From an uncultured delta proteobacterium (GTDB taxonomy: Bacteria > Myxococcota_A > Polyangia > Fen-1088): a DNA stretch of 64,000 bases. The position numbers were made by a program, and so were the translations under genes. Below are positions 11,701-19,274 of the stretch, piece by piece (the first letter of the stretch is position 1; each line of letters starts with the position of its first letter). Where the stretch lies: positions 384,001 to 448,000 of the forward strand of contig CAVYGB010000002.1 in assembly GCA_963767925.1 (NCBI GenBank), written 5' to 3'. Below the pieces are notes generated by a model that saw only the letters and a program-made list of their open reading frames with translations, had not been told where the DNA came from and searched no databases.

Positions 11701-12636
11701 GAGCAGCTCGACGTCGTCGGGGAACCGCTCGATCAGGGGGCGGGCCACCGCCAGGCCCGACTTGCCTTCGTTGGCCGCGTTGAGGGCCCGGATCGCCAGG
11801 CGGGCCAGCCGCGGCCCGTCGGGGAGGTCGGCCTCCTTGGGGTCCTTGCTCGGTTCCTTGCCCGTGGCCGCGCCGGCCGCGGCGCCGGCCTGCAGGTTGG
11901 TGACGCCCTTGCCCGGGTCCTTGCCGGGATCGCTACCCGGATCCTTGGCGGGAGGGCCCGCTTCCTTGCCCTTGCCCTGCCCCTTGTCCGCCGCCAGGGT
12001 GGCCGCCTCGGCGTAGATGCGGGCCGCCGTGCCAGGTTTGCCGGCCGCCTCGCTCCAGCGCGCCGCCTTCTCCAGCCAGAACAGCCGGCGGGCCGGCTCG
12101 AGGGTGGCCAGGCGCCGGTAGGCCTGGGCCGCCTCGGCGGGATCCCCGATCGACAGGACGAAGTCGGCCAGCTCGGCCAGCTCGGCCGGCTTGCGGGTGC
12201 GGGGGATCAGGCGGCGCGCCGCCGCCTGGGTCTCGCGCATGAGGCCGGCGCGCTCGGGCTCGTCCTCTTGCATGGCCGCCAGCCGGGCCCGGTCGAGGCT
12301 GAGCGCCACCACCTCGGCGCGGGAGGCCATCTCCTCGTTGCCCGGGCGCAGCAGGGCCAGCGTCTCGTGGGCCTCTTCCAGCCGGCCGAGGGCCTTCTGC
12401 TGTTGCACGAGCAGCAGGCGCGCCTCCGCGTCCTCGGGGTGAGCCCGCAGCAGCATGCGCAGATAGGCCATGGACAGCTCGTCCGGACGGGCCAGGTGGA
12501 CCGGGTTCTCGAAGTCGCTTCCGGGGAACAGCAGCACCAGCAGGGCAGAGACGATGCTGGTCAGCACCAGGAGCTCCGGCCAGGAGAGGAAGGGCCCGCG
12601 GCGGCGGCCCAGATCGACGCCCGCGATCAACGGCAT
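8791..12636 (-). CDS. pelB: PelB-like TPR + outer-membrane beta-barrel export protein
   Basis: 1281 aa; N-terminal hydrophobic segment then PDELSMAYLRMLL, many TPR-like helices, beta-strand-rich C-terminus ending LNYTLRWFR; located between pelA and pelD. Confidence 0.85.
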   Translation of the reverse strand: MPLIAGVDLGRRRGPFLSWPELLVLTSIVSALLVLLFPGSDFENPVHLARPDELSMAYLRMLLRAHPEDAEARLLLVQQQKALGRLEEAHETLALLRPGNEEMASRAEVVALSLDRARLAAMQEDEPERAGLMRETQAAARRLIPRTRKPAELAELADFVLSIGDPAEAAQAYRRLATLEPARRLFWLEKAARWSEAAGKPGTAARIYAEAATLAADKGQGKGKEAGPPAKDPGSDPGKDPGKGVTNLQAGAAAGAATGKEPSKDPKEADLPDGPRLARLAIRALNAANEGKSGLAVARPLIERFPDDVELLGLAIRMAVAGGDLGSARRWGEQRVVAAGSSDEALRQQSDILLKAGDPEGALRMAKLLLERYPDDSALRRQTAQLARWSGEPEESLKHWSWLAQRGAEDARLKALELSRALSDSNREIEMLELSLRRVRRMSAPAMNAPSLDGVPPPRRIESAPPLRPRALPGGGVPSRRRPADDLGRVRRPPRAAAALPRTAATCARHPGHAPGACRAPLRHARATARAARASAGVLGAPLPRRRPVRALAQVQSSRASAAADQQLVELVALADALEVKGLPERAIQALDSLRFNFAERPEYWSRLARLYENTNELERALACHEQLSRLKAMTLDDSVRQAQLLWRLQRPEAALTRLVALRGQARETDRGYFLLLGDLAWRLEEHVLAAEAYTALWRTQKREDIGERLVRSLDGSNRRAEAVNIAAEAYERTGQVNFLVVAVDLALKSGNRAKARALFDKVKGKEESFAQESNFWFQKAQLAAHENRAADAERDFMRVVRVDPRAEDALSEWLTLSVHVQDRGMAKRALDAWGPEVERNEETWWLLADAYALIGDAPKSARFRALMREARARERAASGRPLTPDEQLEEAIERRDLAAVEARLTAYGRAISLPMRVAALRELGRDWDAWRLLESAGLTRDENLIASEDAAALVSDVRDLREQHLSGAWFWGGVDQMGPLEVRAAGARLELRAGALLFGFEAGATELWALPPDDKLLSRGRREQRMRASAKLRERIGETTLRAGAEFLPDGYRPYAELEQLISMRDGRFELRGQAAFNDIPNHTPLLRVAGVRDGLDLDMTLGLGRRFELEVGGTWARFSTRSRNFLTSELATRGAVAFRLPVGSAFIRPRADAFVNSVPPVGPGIPNDLMPYLTQREDPDDLLALEYSNVGVGLSIGSTHGDVGDARGPHVSLRYYLDGWAGHMWPARKASYAVHAGLGLVFAQHQELALTGFYYTDLRSAAGERYAGANLNYTLRWFR

Positions 12637-15296
12637 GGCAGCGATACCTCACGCGTGTCGTTGGAAGGGAAAGACAGACGAACCGTACGGCGGGCCACGT
12701 CCACCCGCACGCGGCTGGCGCCAGCTACCCCCTCACCGGAGGGGCAACCCCCGATGGTGGCGTTGACCGGCATGTGGCCCTTCAATCGGAAGGTGACCTT
12801 GGATCTGTCGCGCGTCCAGGAGACGACGGCGGCGTTGGCCGACACGAGGTGGGGCAAGGTCGGCTTCTGCGAGGTCAGGGCCAGGGTGACCTCGGGCTCG
12901 CCCCCGAAGGCGACGTAGCGGCCCGGGCCGGTGTCGGTCACACCCGCCACGCCGACCGAGTTGTTGAAATCGGGCCAGCCCAGCCGCCGGTCGAGGCGCA
13001 CGGTCCGCAGCGATCCCAGGCCGCGCAGCTCCCAGGCGCCATCGATGCGCCGGGCGAACGTCACCCGGTGGTAGTCCTCGACCTTGGCAACCATTTCACT
13101 GACAACGATCGGCAGGGCCTCCTGCTCGAGCGCGTACTTGTAAACCTCGTGCAGCGCGGTTATTCCCGCCGGTTTGGTGCCCGAATAGAAGTGGTAGTAG
13201 ATGTTGATCGGCTTGAGCCGCCGGGGGGCCTCGCTGAAGCGGAACCCGTCGACCACGTCGCGGAAACCGTAAAAGCGGGTGGTCCACTCCGAGGTGTACA
13301 CGTTGTCGTTGTGGGCCTGGGCGTAGACGTGCAGCATGCCATCGACGTAGCGGCCCAGCGAGGGGACCTGCGAGAGGGTGGGGATCTCCCGGGGGTTCTC
13401 GGCGTTGAAGCCGTTCATGTTGGCGAGCCTGAGGTTGGTGACCTCGCGCATGGCGTCCGCGGCCGGCATGGCGTCGCCGCTCCAGAGGAAGACCGCGGCC
13501 GGCTTTTCCTTGGGGGCCAGCCGATCGTTGATGTAGGCGATCGAGCCGGCCACCTCCCGCTGGGCGGAGTAGCGGTAGCCGGGGATGTCCATGTTGACCG
13601 AGTCGGCCGACTCGGCGGCGCGCGTGCGCTCGCCCTTGGAGGCGCGGCCCCAGTCGAAGGGGTGGCTGTACGAGTGGCTGGCCACCTCGACGTTGGGCAG
13701 CTTGAAGATGGCCCGGGCGATCTGCTCGAGCTTGGGGGACTCGTCCTTGTATTTTCCGGCCGGACCGATCTCCCCCTCGATGATCGAGACGGTGTGGGGG
13801 AGATCGTAGCGCTGCAGGAACTCGCGCAAGATGACCTCGCCGGCGTAGGCCCGCCCGGGCATCTCCGCCCGGCTGACGAAGCTGTCCCCGTCGATGTGGA
13901 TGAACAGGAGGCGCCGGCCGCTCTCGGTGGTGGCGTCGGGGGCGGGGATGGGCTCGAGGTCGAGGGCCCGGGTCAGGAAGGCGAAGGGATCGAGGATCCA
14001 GCGGATGCGGTTCTCGAGCCCGTTGTCGAGGACGTAGGGCTCGAGGGCCAGGCCGCCCCAGCTCCCGGTGATCACGGGGGTGAGGCGCTGGCCCCGGCTG
14101 TCGCGCAGCTCGATGTGGACCTCGCCCTCGCGGGCCTGCCAGTTGGGCAGGTCGCGGGCCAGCGGCGAGGGGGTGGCCTCGAAGCCCATCACCACGCTCG
14201 TGCCGGCGATCGAGACCGGGGGGACGATCGGCTTGTTCGACTCGACCAGGCCCATGCGGGCCAGCATGGTCGAGGAGGGGGGCAGGCCGGGCTTGCCGAA
14301 CATGGCGACGCGCAGGCCGCTGTTGATCTGGGCCAGCAGCCAGGACTCGTAGGCCCGGGGCTGGGGCATGTCGTCGTCGCTGTACCAGCTCGCGATGCCG
14401 GCGTAGCGGGCGCTGAGATCCCCCTGCGGCAGCTTGCTGTTGCGCACGTCGAGGTAGTCGGCGACGTAGCCGTGGTACTCGATGGGGACGGCCAGCAGCC
14501 GGTGGGCGACGGTCTCGGCCATGTTCGCCTCCTCCTGCCCGTCGTAGAGCACGAGGACCCGCCGGGGCACGAACTCGCGCAGGCCCACCCCGAGGCTGCG
14601 TCCGCCCACGGTGACCCAGGGGATGAAGCCCCGCTCGGCCAGGGTGCGGGCGATGCCCCGGGCCTGCTCGCGCTGTCCGCCGGGCATCCGCTCGAGCACG
14701 ATGAAAGGCAGCTTCGAGCTGCCGCGCACCCGCACCAGGTTGGCCAGCCGGCGCACCCCCTCGATGTCGTCGAGCACGCCAGGGGCAGCGGTGACCTCGC
14801 CGGGGCGGGGCAGCCGTTCGGTGAAGATGCCGTCGGTGACGAAGCCCGAGATCGAGCCCGCCACCGCGCCGAGCCGGTCGAGGTCGCCCCAGTAGTAGAT
14901 CTGGGCGGAGGGGTTGCGCCGGCGCGCTTCCTTGAGCAGGGCCTCGCTGGCCTCCACCCGGCGGGGGTCGCGGGCGTCGAACAGGAAGGCGGTGAAGCCG
15001 CGCTGCTGAAGCCTGGTCAACAGGGCCAGCGCGGCGGGGCCGCCGGCGGCGACGTCGGTGGAGCTGATGCGGGCGATGGACAGGGTGCCGCTGCGGCGGA
15101 GGGCGGTCAGCTCGGGATCGCTGACCCTGGCCGGGTCGAGCACCACCTCCTGGAACCAGCCCAGCGCCTCGAGGGGCAGGCGGTCGCCCGAATAGAAGGC
15201 GATCGATCGGGCCCAGGCGGCCGAGGGCCCGAGGAGCCCGCACAGCACCACCAGCAGCCCCGCCAGCGCGTGACCGGCGCGCAGGCTCGTCACCAC
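12627..15296 (-). CDS. pelA: PelA: N-terminal GH166-like domain (degenerate) + polysaccharide deacetylase
   Basis: Signal peptide then SIAFYSG, GFIPWV, PRRVLVLYD, RWILDPFAFL, PDATTESGRRLLFIHIDGD, EVASHSYSHPF, FLWSGDA, TSEWT, PRRLKPINIYYHFYSGTK. Start probably about 15296 rather than 15530. Confidence 0.92.
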   Translation of the reverse strand: MVTSLRAGHALAGLLVVLCGLLGPSAAWARSIAFYSGDRLPLEALGWFQEVVLDPARVSDPELTALRRSGTLSIARISSTDVAAGGPAALALLTRLQQRGFTAFLFDARDPRRVEASEALLKEARRRNPSAQIYYWGDLDRLGAVAGSISGFVTDGIFTERLPRPGEVTAAPGVLDDIEGVRRLANLVRVRGSSKLPFIVLERMPGGQREQARGIARTLAERGFIPWVTVGGRSLGVGLREFVPRRVLVLYDGQEEANMAETVAHRLLAVPIEYHGYVADYLDVRNSKLPQGDLSARYAGIASWYSDDDMPQPRAYESWLLAQINSGLRVAMFGKPGLPPSSTMLARMGLVESNKPIVPPVSIAGTSVVMGFEATPSPLARDLPNWQAREGEVHIELRDSRGQRLTPVITGSWGGLALEPYVLDNGLENRIRWILDPFAFLTRALDLEPIPAPDATTESGRRLLFIHIDGDSFVSRAEMPGRAYAGEVILREFLQRYDLPHTVSIIEGEIGPAGKYKDESPKLEQIARAIFKLPNVEVASHSYSHPFDWGRASKGERTRAAESADSVNMDIPGYRYSAQREVAGSIAYINDRLAPKEKPAAVFLWSGDAMPAADAMREVTNLRLANMNGFNAENPREIPTLSQVPSLGRYVDGMLHVYAQAHNDNVYTSEWTTRFYGFRDVVDGFRFSEAPRRLKPINIYYHFYSGTKPAGITALHEVYKYALEQEALPIVVSEMVAKVEDYHRVTFARRIDGAWELRGLGSLRTVRLDRRLGWPDFNNSVGVAGVTDTGPGRYVAFGGEPEVTLALTSQKPTLPHLVSANAAVVSWTRDRSKVTFRLKGHMPVNATIGGCPSGEGVAGASRVRVDVARRTVRLSFPSNDTREVSLPCR

Positions 15297-15894
15297 CGCA
15301 CAGACCGGCGAGGAACACAAAACGGTCCTCGAGGAGAGAGAGCTTCGATCGTCACAGGTCGCCAAGGAGGGGGGTAAGCAAGTGCAAGACAGGGGTAAGC
15401 CGGAGGTGCACCAGGGTTCACAGAGCCGACATTTTGCCTTCATGCGGGTGGTTTGCAAAGCCGTTACAGGCCCCGGAGGCTGCCGGTTTTCCCCGCGAAA
15501 ATCCGGGAGGGACCACCTATACGCGCGCAAACGGATGTACCGACACTTACTTTACTTTCGGAGGATAGTTTCCGGTTTTTTTCGAAACGAAACACCAGGT
15601 CGTACGGACTTGCTGGTTAAACGGTCAGGCACGGGTGATACTTGGGCGGCACTTACCCGACGCATCGTGACAGGTGACGTGGGGTTTTCCGGGGCACGGC
15701 CGGCGAGTCCGGAGTCGTCCCGATATCGTGGGGCCGGGCGTGTGTTGCGGGACTGAAAGCAAATCGCGACCGCGAACCGCGGACGCTCGACCCACCAATC
15801 GCTTAAGCACCCCTCCCCTCTGGGTCTTCAAAGGCGCCGCTGGCGTCCGGATCCGGGAACTCCCTTTCCGCCCTTGCGCCCCGAAAGGTAAGAC

Positions 15895-17679
15895 GTGCGG
15901 CGACCTGCCGAAAACAACTCCATTTCCCTGTCCTTTCCCGGGTCCGCCACTCCCGCCGGGGGCCCGGCGCCCCCCGCCGAGCTCCCCCCCAGGTTTACGT
16001 GGTGGAGCGCCCGGCGGATCGGATTGGCCGTCTTCCTGGCCCTTTTGCCCGCGCAACTTTTGCTGGGCGGATGCATGGGCGAGATCCTCGGCGACCCCCA
16101 GCTCGGCGCGCTCGCCACCCCCACCGGGGGCCCCGAGGTCCAGGTCGGCGAGGGCGCGGTGGCGGTCGAGCCGGGGCGCACGGTGGCCCACCGGCTCAAC
16201 CGGGTGGAATACAACAACACGGTCCGCGATCTGTTCTTCGGGCTGGACCTTCGACCGGCCGACGCCTTCCCGGTCGACAACTTCGCCGAGGGCTTCGACA
16301 ACAATGCGCAAGAATTGCGGATGTCGAACCTGCTGCTCGAGAAGTACCTCGAGGCGGCCGACCGCATCGTCCCCGCCGCCTTCGCCAGCGGGCCGGTGCG
16401 CGAGCGGCTGATCGGCTGCGACCTCCAGCAGGCCGGGTGCACCCGGCGCGTGCTGGGCAGCTTCGCCGAGCGGGCCTTTCGCCGCCCGGTCGGAGGCGGG
16501 GACCTGGCTCCCTATCTCGCGCTGATCGAGCTGGCGCGGCGACAGGGCGACAGCGTCGAGGTGGGCCTGCAGCTCGCCATGAAGGCGATCCTCGTCTCGC
16601 CGACCTTCCTCTACCGGGTCGAGCCCGATCCGCCCCAGGGGACCACCCGCGGCCTCGACAGCTACGAGGTGGCCTCGCGGCTCTCCTATTTCCTCTGGAG
16701 CAGCATGCCCGACGAGGAGCTGGCCGCCCGGGCCCGCGCCGGGGCCCTGCGCCAGCCCGAGGAGATCGGGGCCCAGGTGCAGCGCATGCTGGCCGACCGC
16801 AAGGCGGGGGCCCTGGTCGACAACCTGGCGGGGCAGTGGCTGTACGCCCGGCAGATCCCCGAGCTGCAGCCCGACCCCACCCTGTTTCCCGAGGGCGCCT
16901 TCGACGCCAGCCTGCGCGAGGCCATGTACGCCGAGACGCACCTGTTCCTGCGGGAGATCCTGCTTGGCGACCACAGCGCGCTCGATCTGCTGAAGGCCCC
17001 CTTCACCTTCGCCAACCGGCGCCTGGCCGAGCACTACGGCCTGCCCGACGCGCGCGCCCTCGGCAGCGCGCTCACCCGGATCGACACCGGCGGGCAGCGG
17101 CGGGGCGGGCTGCTCAGCCAGGGCGGCTGGCTCACGGTGACCAGCCACCCCGACAGCACCTCGCCCACCAAGCGGGGCAAGTGGATCCTCTCGGACCTGC
17201 TCTGCCAGACGCCCCCGCCGCCCCCGCCGGGGGCCGACGCCCTGCCCGCCCGGGTCCAGGGGGTCAGCCTGCGCGAGCGGCTCGCCCAGCACGCCAGCGT
17301 CGAGCCCTGCCGGAGCTGCCACGCCACCTTCGATCCCCTCGGGCTGGCGCTCGAGAACTTCGATCCCATCGGGCGCTGGCGCGAGCAGGACGAGGGCCAG
17401 CCCATCGACGCCCGGGGGGTGTTGCCGGGGACCGACCTGGCCTTCGACGGGCCGGCCGGCCTGGCCGAGGCGCTGCAGAAGGACCCCCGCTTCGTCGGCT
17501 GCCTGACCCGCAAGCTGCTGACCTTCGCCCTGGGGCGAGGCATGGAGCCGGCCGACGGGCCGGCCCTCGAATACCTCACCGAGCGGTTCGCCCGAGGGGG
17601 TCACCGCTTCCGTGACCTCGTCGAGACCATCGCCCGGAGCCCACTCATGACCATGCGCGGAGGCAGGAGCGAGCCATGA
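15895..17679 (+). CDS. DUF1592/DUF1588/DUF1587/DUF1595/DUF1585 lipoprotein with a CxxCH motif
   Basis: LLLGGC lipobox, HRLNRVEYNNTVRDL, SPTFLYRVE, ASRLSYFLWSSMPD, TSPTKRGKWI, CRSCH, DPLGLALENFD. Confidence 0.9.
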   Translation: MRRPAENNSISLSFPGSATPAGGPAPPAELPPRFTWWSARRIGLAVFLALLPAQLLLGGCMGEILGDPQLGALATPTGGPEVQVGEGAVAVEPGRTVAHRLNRVEYNNTVRDLFFGLDLRPADAFPVDNFAEGFDNNAQELRMSNLLLEKYLEAADRIVPAAFASGPVRERLIGCDLQQAGCTRRVLGSFAERAFRRPVGGGDLAPYLALIELARRQGDSVEVGLQLAMKAILVSPTFLYRVEPDPPQGTTRGLDSYEVASRLSYFLWSSMPDEELAARARAGALRQPEEIGAQVQRMLADRKAGALVDNLAGQWLYARQIPELQPDPTLFPEGAFDASLREAMYAETHLFLREILLGDHSALDLLKAPFTFANRRLAEHYGLPDARALGSALTRIDTGGQRRGGLLSQGGWLTVTSHPDSTSPTKRGKWILSDLLCQTPPPPPPGADALPARVQGVSLRERLAQHASVEPCRSCHATFDPLGLALENFDPIGRWREQDEGQPIDARGVLPGTDLAFDGPAGLAEALQKDPRFVGCLTRKLLTFALGRGMEPADGPALEYLTERFARGGHRFRDLVETIARSPLMTMRGGRSEP

Positions 17680-19178
17680 CGTCGATTCGATTGACCACCG
17701 GCCTGCGCCGCAAGCTCTCCCTGTCGCGGCGGGCGGTGCTGCGCGGGCTGGGGGCCTCGCTGGCCCTGCCCTGGCTGGAAGCGATGCGGGCGCCACCTGC
17801 CCGGGCCGCGGGCAAGCCGCTGCGGTTCCTCACGGTGTTCGCCCCGCACGGGATGCACATGCCGGGCTGGACGCCGAAGCAGACCGGGGCCGACTACACC
17901 CTGCCGCCAATCTTGACCCCCCTGGCCGCCCTGCGGCCCCACTTCAACGTGGTCTCCGGGCTGGCCAACTATCCGGCCAGCATCACCACCAAGGAGTTCG
18001 CCGGCTCGCACGCCCGCGGCACGGGTGGCCTGCTGACCCAGTCGCCCCTGCGCTTCACCTCGAGCAAGGACATCCAGAACGGCATCTCGGTCGACCAGGT
18101 GGTGGCCAGCCACCTCAGGGCGCAGACCCGGCTGCCCTCGCTGGAGGTGGGGGTGGCCGCGGGCAGCGCCACCGGCAACTGCGAGGACGGCTATAGCTGC
18201 GCCTACCTGCACAACATCTCCTGGAGCGGTCCCACGACCTTCCTGCCCAAGGAGGTCAGCCCGCGGGCGCTGTGGAACCGGCTGTTCGCCGGGGCCGGGG
18301 CCATGCCGGCCGGGGCGCCGCCCCCCGCGCCGAGCAACCAGGTGGCGCCCGCGCCGACGGCGGGGGAGGCCAGCAGCGACCGGCAGCTCCTCTACCGCAA
18401 GAGCGTGCTCGACGTGGTCCACGGCGACGCCGCCCGCCTCAACGCTCGGCTGGGCCGGCGCGATCGGGCCAAGCTCGACGAATACTTGACCTCGGTGGGC
18501 GAGCTGCAGCGGCGGATCGTCGACTTCGAGAAGCCGGGCGCCTCGGGCCTGGGGGCCCGGCCGGCCGCCGCCGTGTGCGCGCCAGGGACGCCGCCGCCCG
18601 AGGGATCGGGGGGCAGCTACCAGAGACACCTCGAGCTGCTGTCGGACCTCATCGTCCTCGCCTTCCAGTGCGACGTGACCCGGGTGGCCACCTTCATGCA
18701 GGAGGACCCCTTCAACTCCCGCAGCTTTTCCTTCCTGGGGGTCTCGGGCAACCATCACAGCACCTCCCACCACGGGGGCGACTCGGCCAAGCAGGCCGCC
18801 CTGCAGAAGATCGACACCTTCGAGGTGGCCCAGCTCGCCTATCTGCTCGACAAGATGGCCCAGGCCACCGAGGGCGAGGGCGAGAGCCTCCTGCACAACT
18901 CGATCGTGCTATTCACCAGCGACTTCGGGGACGGCGACGACCACTACCACTGGGACCTGCCCATGCTCGTCGCGGGGCATGCCGGGGGCCGCTGGAAGCC
19001 CGGCCGGCACATCGCCTACCCGCACCGGGGCGGCGGGGGGCCCTCGAACCGGACCGACACGCCGATGGCGAACCTGTTCGTGTCGGTCCTGCAGGCCTTC
19101 GATATTCCCGCCACGACCTTCGGCAGCGACGGGCAGCAGCCGTACGGAACGCGGCCGCTGCCCGAGCTGGCGGGGTAG
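17676..19178 (+). CDS. DUF1552 (HxxSHH) Tat-exported protein
   Basis: SRRAVLRGLGASLALPWLEAM Tat signal, SVDQVVA, NISWSG, SVLD, LAFQCDVTRVAT, HHSTSHH. Overlaps the upstream DUF1592 gene (ATGA). Confidence 0.9.
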   Translation: MTSIRLTTGLRRKLSLSRRAVLRGLGASLALPWLEAMRAPPARAAGKPLRFLTVFAPHGMHMPGWTPKQTGADYTLPPILTPLAALRPHFNVVSGLANYPASITTKEFAGSHARGTGGLLTQSPLRFTSSKDIQNGISVDQVVASHLRAQTRLPSLEVGVAAGSATGNCEDGYSCAYLHNISWSGPTTFLPKEVSPRALWNRLFAGAGAMPAGAPPPAPSNQVAPAPTAGEASSDRQLLYRKSVLDVVHGDAARLNARLGRRDRAKLDEYLTSVGELQRRIVDFEKPGASGLGARPAAAVCAPGTPPPEGSGGSYQRHLELLSDLIVLAFQCDVTRVATFMQEDPFNSRSFSFLGVSGNHHSTSHHGGDSAKQAALQKIDTFEVAQLAYLLDKMAQATEGEGESLLHNSIVLFTSDFGDGDDHYHWDLPMLVAGHAGGRWKPGRHIAYPHRGGGGPSNRTDTPMANLFVSVLQAFDIPATTFGSDGQQPYGTRPLPELAG

Positions 19179-19206
19179 CCCCTCCCCCTCCGGATGAGGG
19201 GGGGGC
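19178..19206. terminator. GC hairpin between convergent genes
   Basis: GCCCCTCCCCCTC-CGGAT-GAGGGGGGGGC immediately after the stop codon; no U-tract. Confidence 0.35.
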
Positions 19207-19274
19207 GACCAGGCCGCGCGCGCCCAGGGACTGTTTTCGAAGTAGTCGGGTCCCCTCGCTTCGCTCGGGCCCGA

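Noticed and set aside
9742..15377. Long plus-strand ORFs (1058 aa, 867 aa) and similar antisense ORFs elsewhere
   Set aside because: Shadow ORFs opposite real genes, expected at this GC content; no motifs.
15300..15890. c-di-GMP riboswitch or sRNA upstream of pelA
   Set aside because: The region is AT-richer and promoter-like, but I could not identify a riboswitch consensus by eye; needs an Infernal/Rfam scan.
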